Positions 36,042-49,200 of a stretch of 64,000 bases of DNA are shown here, piece after piece (within the stretch, counting starts at the first letter, position 1; each line of letters opens with the position of its first letter). A program made the translations under genes and the position numbers. Under the pieces are notes generated by a model. It did no database searches and was not told where the DNA came from. It saw only the letters and a list, made by a program, of their open reading frames with translations. The stretch is from positions 5,772 through 69,771 of the IMG/VR virus record IMGVR_UViG_3300044624_001994; one strand, given 5' to 3'. Source of the stretch: a virus.

Positions 36042-37214
36042 TTATATTATTACTTTTCTTATTGAACGTGCATTTACAATAGCATTTTTAGTAAAATTTT
36101 GCAAACCAAAATCTCCAACACCAACAGCATTTATAATACTTGATTCTGAGCTTGACCAGTATGTATTAAATGTTTCTATTGGAGTGCCAAAATTAATTTC
36201 AAGCACTGGATTGACTAAAAATCTATTATTAAATAATATTCTTAATTCATCTGAAGAAGGTAAATACCAATCAGTAAATCCTCCTGTTGTATTTGAAATG
36301 CAATCTTGTGCAGCGCCAGTTAAAAATCCTGGTTGATTTACAATATTAAATGTATTAAGCATACCATTCCATGTACTTTCTGCATTAGCTGTAATAGATA
36401 CATTACTCCACGCTACATTAAATATAATTGTTGGATTCACAATTAAGCATTCGCTAAATGCATTAAGTGGATTTCTAAAAACATAAAATACAACACCTCC
36501 TCCAAAAGGTTCACCAATATATCTTGAAAATCCACTACTACTTCCGGCAGGCCCCTGCGGACCAATAGGACCTTGTAATCCTGTTGCTCCTTGTGGGCCT
36601 TGTGGTCCAGTTGCTCCTTGTGCTGCAAGTAATGCCCAATTTGCTGTGTCAAGTATTGGATTTGTAACCGATGGACCTACTGGGTTAATGCAAAAATACG
36701 ATGCACCATTGTAGCTAACTGCATCGTCAACTACATAAGTGCTTGATGCAGACCATGTGCCTTGCCAGTTTAATCCTGCCGGCCCTACTGGTCCAGGAAC
36801 ACCTTGCGGGCCTTGTGGGCCAGTTGGCCCTGCAACGCCTTGCGGACCTTGTGAACCTCCAGTTTGCGCTAATGCTATTTGCGCTGAAAGGGAAACGATG
36901 TCCTCGTTTACAAAAATTGGAGAACGGCCATTAAAGTAAATTTTACTGTCATTTACTCCTGCCGGCTCAATCAACTTTATCTTATGAAATGGAATTAAAA
37001 ATTGAGTTGTCGGATCAATGCTACTTGTAACATATAGCAATTCTCTTGGACCACATGATAACAATATTGTTGCTAAATTTTCAGAAACCTGCTCTTTTAT
37101 TGATACTGTATAGATTATTTCTGTCGGATTTAAACCAGTTTTTTGTATAATTTCAACTTCTTGTGTTGCCAAAATTAGCTTTTTCCCTGACGATAATTTA
37201 GTAACTGTAAGCAT
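36042..37214 (-). CDS. Collagen-repeat fibre protein with C-terminal DUF1566 (Lcl/C-lectin-like) domain
   Basis: Two G-X-Y tracts; GGGVVFYV, GGFTDWYLPSSDEL, YWSSSE, ARSIR. Confidence 0.8.
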   Translation of the reverse strand: MLTVTKLSSGKKLILATQEVEIIQKTGLNPTEIIYTVSIKEQVSENLATILLSCGPRELLYVTSSIDPTTQFLIPFHKIKLIEPAGVNDSKIYFNGRSPIFVNEDIVSLSAQIALAQTGGSQGPQGVAGPTGPQGPQGVPGPVGPAGLNWQGTWSASSTYVVDDAVSYNGASYFCINPVGPSVTNPILDTANWALLAAQGATGPQGPQGATGLQGPIGPQGPAGSSSGFSRYIGEPFGGGVVFYVFRNPLNAFSECLIVNPTIIFNVAWSNVSITANAESTWNGMLNTFNIVNQPGFLTGAAQDCISNTTGGFTDWYLPSSDELRILFNNRFLVNPVLEINFGTPIETFNTYWSSSESSIINAVGVGDFGLQNFTKNAIVNARSIRKVII

Positions 37215-37244
37215 ATTAGTGTTATTTTGAGGTAAATATAAGTG

Positions 37245-40200
37245 TTAATTATTAAATAGTTTCTTTTTGACATAAGATTTTTTATTAAGATAAATCGTTT
37301 CATTGCCTATTTCTATATAGCCATTATTTAAGAACTTATCATACTCAGCAGTTTTTTCTCTCCATATCTTGTAAATGACTTCAGCATCTTTAATAAACTG
37401 CTCATACGCACCTTTTCTATCACCATCTTCTTGTGTAGATACAAATGCTTCAATGACCTTTTCTAAGTCATTATAATCAGATGATTGCCATAAATCATAT
37501 TTGTTAGCCATTTCTTTAATACCTTGTACAGCTGTAATGTTTTCTATGTCGCTTTTTCTAATAAATCCTGATATTTTCATAATGTCAATAGCATTGTCAA
37601 ATATTGATTCGGATTCCCAAGATGCCTTGCCTATAAAACTGTTTTTATCATCGCCAGGCTTATATTTATTTAAAGCTGCATTGTATTCCTTTTCGCTTTC
37701 ATAGTCATCTCTTTCGGGTACACCAGGGCGTAATGTTTCAACTGTTTTCGTACCTACTTCTCCGAAAAATGTAAAATATGATTTTATCAAGTGGTCAATA
37801 TTTCTACTATCTTGACCGCCTAATGCATCGCCAAGAATATTGCCTAAATAGGAACCAGTTCCTTCTTTCTCTCTATCAGCAACTGGTACTTTAGATTCTC
37901 CGTATGGAATAATAGTTGACTTATAAAACGTATTATAGTTTGTAGATACTTCTACTATTGGCTTTAAAGTTCCAATAATATCCCACTTTAACTTGTTTGG
38001 ATTAAATAAAGAATATGCGTTTCCGTAAGAACCTATATGACCTCTAAATGCTTTTTCCATATCTTTTGTATGAATACCTTGCACTAATCTTTCAGCAGAT
38101 GTACCCATTAAACCATATTCAAATGGCTTTGGTATTCTTATCATTTCATTTGACACAGCTGGTATTTTGAAATTATAGAATAGGTCACGCTCGTGCGGAG
38201 GCAATTCCATGTATTCGTCTTCATAACCACCTAAATATGCCATTGCATAGAAGAAAATAGAAGGCAATGCAGCACCTGCAATTATAGATGAAAATGCTTG
38301 TGCCGGATTTTCTCTCATTGCTTGCAACATTCTTAATTGACCTTGTAGCTGTGCATTCGAAAATGGTATAACTCTGTTAATTAATTTCATGACAGTACCA
38401 ATCTTAGCAAAGTCCATCAAATCCCTTGCTTGATAGGCAGCATATAAAGCAGCATCATACTCGTCATAGCCCAATTTAGTCATAGCGTATTTATATGCAG
38501 ATTGATATTCTGTAACCCTTGTTACACGTTCTCCTTGAGCTAACCAATTATCGTAATTATTGTAAATGTTTTTTAATGTTTGAAAATCTACAACAATACT
38601 ACCTGAACCTTTTTTGGCAAATTTTCTCATTTCCCTATAAAGCGCAGCATAGTAATGCTCTCTTGACTTTGTATAATATCCTGCTTGTCCACCACCATAC
38701 AACTGAAGCATTTTATCAGCATCACTTCTTGTAAGTGTTGCAATTTCTAATATGTTATCAATTTCTTGTTTTGAGAATCCATATTCCTCCATTGCCGCTC
38801 TTGTGTTAAAATTATTATATAGCGTTCTGCTTATAAATAATTGTTGCTGTAAATCTCTTATGATGTTCCTTGCAGCAAAAAATGGATTTTTGGTAGCTGT
38901 AAATCTTACTAATTTGGCTTGCGCCCCAACTATGTTTAATGTCATATTGAGCAATGCACTTTGCTTATCTCCTTTAAAAGTAGTAGATAATGCTTCGTAA
39001 ACGGCCGGGTCAAATTCCCATACTTCACGCACACCATTATTAAAAATAACAATAGCTGGCCTATCGCCTATTTGCTGATTAGGGGCCATTTGTATCTGTC
39101 GGCCGATATTAGCAGTTGCTTGCGGAGAACCTTGTTCCATTCCACGATTACTTCTTAATAAATCAGCAAATTGATTGAGCATATAATTTGTATCAGCTTC
39201 TTCAATCGCTTTGTACATATTTGTCATTAAGTTCTCGTATGGATCAAATCTATCCCTTGAACTACCAACAATTTTGTCATCAAATGTTTGTCTTCCTGAT
39301 GCCGTTTTAAACAATGATGCTTGTGTAGAATCATCAAAATTTGTATCAAATCCCGGCGTTGAACTCATGACACGATTCATAGCAACATACTGCAAGTTAT
39401 TATCTTTGATTTCTTTTACAAATTCAGGAGATAACCTGCCATGGTCCATCATGTAAAACAAAATTTGGTCCGCAAATACCCGGTATCTTCTTGCTGCCTC
39501 TTTTAGCATTTCTTGTTTCTCTGGTGTTAATTCAGTTTTGACAGCATTAAGCAGTTCTTTTGCTGCATCAAAGTCATTTTGCCCAAGCAAACCAAGTCCA
39601 GATATTACTCTTTGTTTTATCTTGTTCAACAATGGATGATTAGATATGTCGGGGTGTAATGTATCATAGTCACTATTTACCCAATCCATCAATTTATCAA
39701 TTGTTGCAACATTATCAATGTTTATTCTAAATCCATTGTCAAGTAAAAACTGCGCTTTTTCTTCAGCATTTTTTACCGGGTCTGTTGTTTTTCTATCAAT
39801 GTTATAAAATTCATATTTAATTTGAGCGTAGTCGGCATCTGATATTTTATACATATCAAATATCTCTTCCTTTGCAAAACGCTTAGACAACTCAACGGTA
39901 CGCTCTGCAACCATGTATGAACCTACAAGTTGCTTTGCTTCTACTATCTCTTTTAATCTTTTTTTAAAGCCTTTAAATCCTGCTTCTAACATACCGAATG
40001 GTTCAGAAAGCCAACGAAGTGTTATAGCTTCTTTTTTGCCAGTCTTTGGATTGGTGTCCATTGCTTGTGTATAACCTTTTGGACCTAATCGAACCATACC
40101 ATCTTGTTGCAATAGACCAATTTTATCACCAATGCCCGGCAATTGCCTTGCAAGCCAGTAAGGGTTTTTAGAAGGTCTAATTTCTTGCATTCCTTTGATG

Positions 40201-43200
40201 CCCATCAATTGTTTTTGAGCCTTAATCAATGCTTGTTTTTCGTCTGAAAATGCACGTTTTACCTTGTCAATAAAACTCATTTTAAATGCAGTCATGTCAT
40301 ACTGCTTAAATCCCCAAGCCACTAATCTATTATCCCACCATCTTGCAAGATTTTCTCTTGCAGAAGATGTAGCCGACAAATCATATTCATTCATTTGATT
40401 TGTTGCAATAGCTTTTTGAAAGCTATCCAATCCCATCAATCCTCTTAGTGTTTGGCCGATAGATGTAATGTTTGCCAAGTCTTGTTCACCTACTGCCTGT
40501 TCAAAAAAGTCATAAAACTCTGGAGCCAATCTTTTTGCTTCAGCAGGATTAAGCATATATGCTCTTGTAAACTCTGCTATGCCCTCACCACGCAAGTAAG
40601 CCATCGCAGCTGCTTCAGATGCACCCTCTGGAGGAGGCGATCCAAACGGCCAGAATTTGCTTAATTCAGCATCGAACTGGTCATCTGTTGGTGTCAGCTT
40701 TTTGTAGTCTTGAATCAAGTGCCCAAGTTCATGCACAATAACATCTAAGTCATTTACCTTTCTTATCATTATTGCAGCATTTATAGTATTATAGCTTCCT
40801 GCCGCACGAGGACTTCCAGGATAGCCATACTTCATAAATGCTTTTAACTTGTTTCTTGCATCACGAATAATCTTTGCAACTTTTACTGGTGACATACCAT
40901 ACAAAGGTGCAACTTTTACACGCTCACCATCGGGAGTTAAAGTAGGCGAACCTGTACTTGTTCCCGGTATTGGGTTGGTTGTTGATAAATGCTTGTGTGT
41001 TGCTTTGTTTATTTCTTCGGGTGTAAGTGTACCATTATTGAATTTTTCAATTAATGCTTCCAGTTCAGCTTTTCTATCAATAGGGAAATTCCAAACTTTA
41101 AATTTTATATTATAATTTCCACCTAACGCTTTTAATATATCCTTCATTGGGAAGGAATTTTTAATAGAAATAAACTGTGTTCCTGCTCCTGGAACAGTAA
41201 CTACTTCCAACTTTACATTGTGTTTTACCCCTTCTTTTTTCTCATCTCTTTTTTTCTGTCGTTCTTCTTTCTTCTTTTCAACAACAGCTTCAAATTCATC
41301 CATTTTATCAAGTTCTGTCTGCGTAGCAGGGTCAACACCATACCCTTGAAACATACCGAGAATGCCAGTCTTTCTTGTGACTTTTGATTCTTTGTTTGTT
41401 TCAGATGGAGTATTGCCATATAAGACAATTGCTTGCGCTTCAGACTTAGTATTCCTTCGGCTTACTCTACCCATGACTTGATTGAATACATTGGCATCGT
41501 AGCTTGCTTGTGCAACGTATAAGACACGAGGTCTTGAACCTACTGTATCATCTAAAGAAATACCTGTTGACATCGAATCCATTGAACCGATAATTACATT
41601 TACTTCTCCATTTTGAAATTTTCTTACTGCTTCTGACTTATCAGTTTTAGCTGTTACTTCAGAAAACTTAATACCGGCTGCAGCTAATTCTGCTTTAAGG
41701 TTCATAAGAAATGAAGGTCTTGTCACTTCTGTCATAGAGTAACCATTACCATCCAATCCTTTAATTTTAATATCATTTACATTTTGAGAAACAACAACAA
41801 CAGACTTGCCATTTGCTAAGTCATTTTTAATTCTGATAGCAACTGCCTTGGCTTTATATGATTCAACCAATTTATCAAGCATATTGATTTTTTGCTCTCT
41901 AAGTTCACGTTGAATTTTATCATCCAATAAATCCATGTCGTATTCTGACAATCCTTTATACCTGCCATCCCATGACCTATTGCCATTACTTGTTAGTTGT
42001 TGTCCAGTTCTCTTATCTGTATATGGCCCTTTCTTAACCCTATCAATTCTTGTGTCCCAAGCATAGGTAACATTGTCTATTTCATCAATTTGCTCTGGTG
42101 TTAATTCCATTTTGTCATTGGAAATTGTACCCCAAAACGGATATTCCCTTCTTATAGACATACCTTCTTGGTATGCTTTCTGCATTACATCATTTATTTT
42201 TTTGACTGTATCAGTCATAGACACTCTGCCATTTCTTGCAAATCCATTTTCGGTAATGATAATGCCAAATGCATCCATGAACTCTTGCTTTGTCATGCCC
42301 ATCATTTCAGGCATAAAGTACATAGCATTTTCTATTTTGTCACCGGGCGTAGCAGTTGAATATAAAACCTTATCTGTTTTAATTTTTTCAGATGCTTTAT
42401 ACCTACCAGAATAGTTTTTCAAGTTATGGGCTTCGTCATAAATAACTAAACCATAATCTCCATCACTTTCTTTTTCAAGACTATTATATGTAATTAATTT
42501 GATGCCTTTTGCTTGCAAGTCTATGCCCATTGCAAGTGCATCAGGACCAAATGCCGTTTCAATAATCTGCTTGTTTTCTGTTACAATCAGCACTGGCTTG
42601 CCGGTCCTTTCCGCTACTTCGACAGCAGCAGCAATCATTTGCCTTGTCTTGCCTACACCCATGCTATCATTAAGCAAAAATGCCTTTTTATCGTTAGTGT
42701 ACCAATTTGTAAGCATAAGATTAACCGCATACCTTTGATGTTCGTCAAGGTCTGCTCCATATCTTTCTGCTGGCACAAATTGCTCTGTGTCCTTTGGCAT
42801 TTTATCGTAGTTATGATAACGCAAAGGAGGCCTTACTCCAGGTTGTTTTTTCTGTTCTATTGGCAATGATTGTTTACCATCAGCTTCGAATCCCAATGCT
42901 TCTTTAGATTCTACTTCTTGATCGCCTTCAGCTACCTTCTCCTGCGTTTTTCTTTTAGCTTCAAACCTAACTTTGTCCTGTACGCTTTTAGTGTAATCTG
43001 AGAACCTTGGCGTAGTAGTATCTAATGAAGGTGGTATTTTACTATTCCAAATGTCATTAAGATATGGCTTAATTCTATCGCCAATCTTTTCAATCATGAA
43101 TTTATCCCACTCTTCTCTTGTAATCGAATCGGGATTGTTTGCAAAAGTTTCTTTAAATTGTTCAACAGCATAGTAGCCTACCTTAACACCAGCTCTGATA

Positions 43201-46200
43201 ATGTCAATTACTTTAACATCTGTTTGCTTACTTTCCGGTCCTTTGCCTAAATTCTTAAATAAATTATCTAAATCCTTTAAGGCATCGTTAAGATTCTTAT
43301 TGGTTTCAGCTTTTTTATCTTTTACATTTTTTGCCTTAGATTCTGTCTTAGGCTTAGTAGGTGTCTTTCTTGGTGTTGCCTGTTTTTTAGCAGCTGACTT
43401 TTTAGATGTTTTTAAAGATTCTTTGTAGTCTGGAATTAGCTTCTTAGCAGCTTCAAATGATTCCGCATAAACAGTATTTGTGTCACCGCTTAAATACTCT
43501 TGAATGTAAAAATAGTCATCACCACTGATAAGACCTTTCTTATACATATCCTTGGCTATATCTGCCGTTAATATGATTTCTACTTCATCAACGTAGTTAT
43601 CAAATTCTTCATTAGCAGCTTCTAACTCTTTTTCAGTTTCAGCAGTTTCTGACTTTTTCTCTAATTCTGTTTGCGCTGGAGGAATACCTTTTTCAGCATT
43701 TTGCTTGCTATATTCTTCAAAAACCATGTCATAGATAGTCTTTACCATATCGGGGTGCATGCCAGAATTGATAAGACTTTCTTCGATATTAGCTAATGCA
43801 ATTTCCGGGTCAACGCCATTTTTAATCATCTCATTGAAGATGCTTATGGCATTGTCTGCTCCTATTGTTTCTTGTCGGCCTTTTTCTGTTTCAAAGCCTC
43901 CCTTTTCATCTGCAACAATTCCGAGGTCCTTATTAGATGTTTCATCTTGTTTTCTTCTCGTTTCTTCATCTCTTCCGGTTTTTCCTTCAGGAGCAGTGAA
44001 CGATAGTTCCCCTGCTGTATTTCCTTCTGTTCCAAATAAATCCGGGCCAGTCGCTCCTTCTCCTTCAATAGCTGTTGTGGTGTCATAATCTTCAATTTTA
44101 AGGTTTAATTTATTATTTTTAAATGCAAGGTTGAATGCTTCTTCTATGCTTGGAATTTCATACCCTAATGTTTCTAACATTGAGATTTCTCCTTCTTTTA
44201 CGTTAGTTCTTACTGTTTTTTCATAATCAGTAAATACTTTAAGAATAGCTTGATGTTTTTTAGTTGGTGTTTTTAGTTCCGGATTTAATCGTTCAATGTC
44301 AATGAACAATTTCATCATTGCAAGCTGTACAGGATTATATCTTTTTAATGGTATTTCTGTATCATTTGCTTCTTGCATTTGAATCCATGAATCAAAACGC
44401 AATCCTTTGCTCAATGCAGCGGTATTGTAATACTCCCTCATACCAATTATTGCCATGTGCAAATCATTTTGGTAAGAACGCTCGTAATTAGTACTAAGCA
44501 TCGGAATAATAATACGCTTAATTGCATCCTCAGCGTATTGTGGCAATCGATTAACTTCTTGCCATAGGTTGGGATGGCCACCTTCTAATCCCAATTGGAA
44601 AATTGCATCTTCTAATGCTTTAGCTAAATCTGAAGATAGTTTACCTTCAAATATATTTTGCATTGCTTCTTGACGATTTATTACACCTGCATCAATTAGC
44701 AAATCAATAAATTTTTTCCCTGCTGAACGTATTGCCTGATTTATAGTTTCATCGGGGTCAGCATTTTCTAATAAAACAGTTACAGCTTGTCTAAACTTAC
44801 CTTTGTCTGCTCTACGTATTCTTGCAATTGCTTGCGCTTGCGGTCCACCAACATCTATCATGTCAGTGTCCATATAGTTGCCCAATGTTATAGCTTGCTC
44901 GTCTGTTGTTTGTATCATACGAACAAGAATTGGTGCTTTCATGTTTTTTACAACATTAGGGTCCAATCCAAACAATGCAGCATTTTGAATTAAATACTCT
45001 TTGTATTCTTGTGCTTTGTCCGGGTATTCATTATAGGCTATTTTTAACCCTTCAGTTCTACCTGTTCCTTGTACAAGTTCACCTCTTTCATTGACTACTG
45101 GTGCGCCTATGTATGCAATTGGTCCTTCAACAGCCAATGGCGATTCAAGTGCCATTGCTTTTATTTGACCAGCCAATGCAAAATATTCTCCTAAACCCCT
45201 TGGCTTTGGTTGTGCTGCACCTAAAAAGAAATGCATATTTGGGTCACCCTTATAGTGCGATTGTTGTACTTCATCAGCTTCTAACAAAACATACTTTGCA
45301 GGAACTTTTGTTTTTGGCGTAAAATATACAACAGTATCTCTACCTTCAATTTTATCAGCAATTGGATCGGGTCTAAAATACTTTTCTCCATCAACAACAC
45401 GATACCCCCTCCTAATGTCTTTTTTGACATCATTTTCTGTGTTTTTCTCTGTTGTTTCTTCCGTTAAATTTGGATTCGTAGTACGAGCTACAAATGATTC
45501 TCTTCGGTCAACACTTTCAACTGGCCTTCCTATAATTGATTCAACTGCTTCAACCAATTCAGGATTGTTATTGTTTTTGAGTGCATCCTGATATACTTTT
45601 GCAATTTGTTCTGATAGTTTAGGATTCCTTACGGCCCTGTCAATTGCATCTTGTCTATCAGCGAGAACTTCATTTATAGATTCTGTATCGCTATCTTTAC
45701 CGAGGACTTCTTCTATATATCCAGTAGCTGTTTGTGTGACTTTTTCTAAGTCAGACTTGTCGTTATTGTTTAACTCTTGATTGGCAGAATACTTTAGCTG
45801 TGTAACATCAACTTGCATTTGACCAATTCCGCTACCGGCAGGTCCAACTATTACGGCAGCATTCGCTCCATTATATCCTCTAAAACTAACTTCAGTTTCA
45901 GTTCCATCTTTTGCTGTGAAAATTACTTTGTCATCCGGCTGAAATCTTGTTGGAGCATTTGCTTCATTTAGTAATCTTGCAGTTTTTTGTGTCTTACTTT
46001 CTTTAGCAGTAAAACCTGATGGAGATTTACTTACATTTTCAAGTATTTTTATTATTTTTTCTGCTCTAACAGTTTCAAATAAATTTAAATTGTCATTTTT
46101 TAAAGCAGCAATATAATTTTGTATGCTATAATTAATATCTGGCCTTTTCATGATATCCATAACTTTAGATAATGGAATCTTTTTACCAGCCTCCTTACTC

Positions 46201-49200
46201 ATAGCCAACCTTACATCATTTACATTTTTTATTTGTTCTTTAGTAATACCATCATATAAGTATTTTGCTATTGACCTTGAATCGTCTTTACCTATTGATG
46301 CAATAAATTCAGCTTCATTTTTTTCAATTTCATTTATTTGTTCTATTCTTTGTCTAACTTCAGCTTGTTTTTTAGCTATTTCTTCATCCTTCTTTTTTTC
46401 GCTTAGTTCTCTTTTTTCTTTTATTTGCGCTAATTCGCTATCAGTTGGCTTGTTTTTAAGAAAAGCCTTAACCGCTTCCATGTCTTGTTTAAAATCATTT
46501 AACGATAATTCTTTCTTTTCAGGAGTAGTCTTATTGCTTGTTATAAAATCACTGGTCAATCTAATAGGATTAAGTGTAGGATAATTGAAAAAATCATCCG
46601 GTCTTCTTCCTCCCGAAAGTTCTTTAATACGATTTAATTCTTTTTGTAGTTCAATAGCTTCATCTACTATATCCTTTAATTCTGGAACCGATTGCAATAC
46701 TTCTAAAAGCTTTAACGGAACTCCATTTAAAGATTCAATATATTTTCTTGTTATTTTTTCTGGTATTGGCTGTTGTTGTTTTTCTTTAGCAGCTAATTCA
46801 GCAAGTTCTTTGTTTTGTTCTGTAATCGGTTTAATAACATCATTATCATTGAAATCTGAATATATGTTTTTAAAGTTTTCTTTTGCGCTTGCTTCAAGTA
46901 TTTCTTCAATGTTTTGTGGCGTATTTTCATTAAGTTCAGCAACAGCAAAAGAATAGTTATCTCTTCCAACTGTTGTAGAAGGCCTTGCAGTATCTAATCT
47001 AAGTCCAACAACAACATACTTTTTACCTTTATACTCTATTATTTCAGAAAATGATTTACCGGAGCTTATATTATTCATTACTTGCGTTGAACTCCTTACA
47101 TCAAAAGAATTCTTAGAAACTGCTTTAAATCCTTCAGCAAGTCCTGATAAAATTATATCAGGTTTTACTTTAGCTGGTTGAGGAGTTTTACCTTCTAATG
47201 CTGCAATTTCTGCATCATATCTTTTATTAATTTCATTTATTTTACTAATAGTTTCTGGGTCATACGCTTTATTAAAATCTTGTTCTGTTTCTAAATAAGG
47301 TTTAAATTTAGGTTTACTTTCAAAGTTTCCTGAATTTACATTTTGAGATTTAGGACTTTTATCAGGTCTATGTTCTGAAGTTCTAAATAACCTATAAAAT
47401 TTAGCACCTGGAAAATTAGGACTATCTTCTATTGTTACATAATAAGGATATTCTTTTAATTCATCTTGTCTATTTTTTTCTATTTCAGCTATTGCTTCTG
47501 CATTAGATTTTTGAGATGTAGGCATTTCTTTACCTAACAGCTTTTCAACTGCATCGACCAACATAGGATTGCTCCCATCTGCTTTAGCCTTGTGGTAGGC
47601 TTCAGAGATAGCGTTAGCATCATTTTTAAGCAATTGTTCACTTAACTCTATTTGTTCCTTTAAAGACCTATATTCTTCGTCACTTTCAAAATCTTTGATT
47701 CCTTTACTTACAAGTTCTTTAGTTCTTTCAATTACCTTTTCATATAATTGCTTATTTAAAGCATTTATTTCTTGTGCAGGTATTTCTTTAGTGATGTCCT
47801 TTCCCTCCAATGCCTTGGCTGTACTCTCTACATCTTTTAATGCAGGATTCTCTTCTTTTTTAGGAGGAGCAGTAAACCCACCTGTGCCGGTTGCCGGAAC
47901 ATTACCTTTGCCAGTAGTAGTTGGCGCATTGCCCCTACCTACTGGAGTGAATCCTTCTTTTTGTAATCCAGCTTTGTAATCTTCTATTTTCTTGTCATAT
48001 CTTTCAATGATTTCATCCATGACAGTTTTGTCGCTGCCAATAGAATAAACATCATCTAAATAATCTTTATTATTTTCTAACTCTGCATTTCGTTCATCTT
48101 TTATCTTTTGTATTTCTGCTTGTTGCGTTGGAGTTAATTCTTTTGTAGGCTTAACCGTTTCTTTTGTTGCTGGTTTTTTTGTTTTGACATCATCAATCAT
48201 TTTGTCATATCGATCAATAATATCATCCATTACAGTCTTACCGCTGCCATCCGGCAACAGGTCATCTAATTGGTCACGCTTGCTATCTAATTCGTCATTA
48301 CGCTGACTTTTTAGCTTTTGTATCTCTGCATCTTGTTCAGCTGTTGTTTCGGCTACTGGTTGTTGTTTTTCTCTTACAACAGTTTTGGCTTTTAACTCTT
48401 CAATCTGTTGGTCGTACCTATCAACAATTTCATCCATTACAGTCTTACCACCAGTTTTAGATGCTTGTTCTAATTCTTTAATTTTCTGGTCATATTCTTT
48501 TGAAATTTTATCCGCTTCAGGAGATGTAGTAATGACTGCTGAATCTTCTATCGTCATTATGTCATCAAGTTCAGCTTCAGCATCTTTTCTATCTATCAAT
48601 TCATCACCAATAGTTACAGTTCCTTTTCCATTATCAGGTTGAGATAGTGCATTTATAAGTTCCTGCTTTCTCGCTTTTTCTTCGGGAGTTAATTCATCTG
48701 CTACTATACCACCATCAGGCAATTTATCTAATTCTGCTTGTTTCTGTTTCTTTAATTCCTCTATTTGCGCCGTATTGTCAACAGTTACTTCATTGTCAAG
48801 TTCGTCTTTTTTGCTATCTAATTCATCGTTACGCTGGCTTTTTAGCTTTTGTATTTCTGCATCAAGTTCAGCTTGGGTCATAGTAGTTTTGCCAGCACCT
48901 TCTCCCTTGCCCTGACCTTCTTTTCCATACCCAATTTGTCCAGATTCAGCATCACTTTTCTTGGTTTCTATTAACATATTTAAACCTAACAATTGCTTTT
49001 CAATGTTACGTTTATCTTGAATAGCTTGAACCAAATTACCACCTGCTCTTACTTCTTCAATTTTAGCTTCAGCATCTTTCAGTTTTTGCTCTAATGAAGC
49101 CTTTGTTTGTTCTAAAATCTCTGGAGTTAGTTTATTTGCAGCTTCCGTAAGTAATCTTCTTTCAGTACCACCAGGCAATTTAGGCAATTGTTCGGCCGCA

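Noticed and set aside
36042-36300. Diversity-generating retroelement targeting the DUF1566 domain
   Set aside because: No template repeat or reverse transcriptase found in this window; cannot be excluded elsewhere in the genome.
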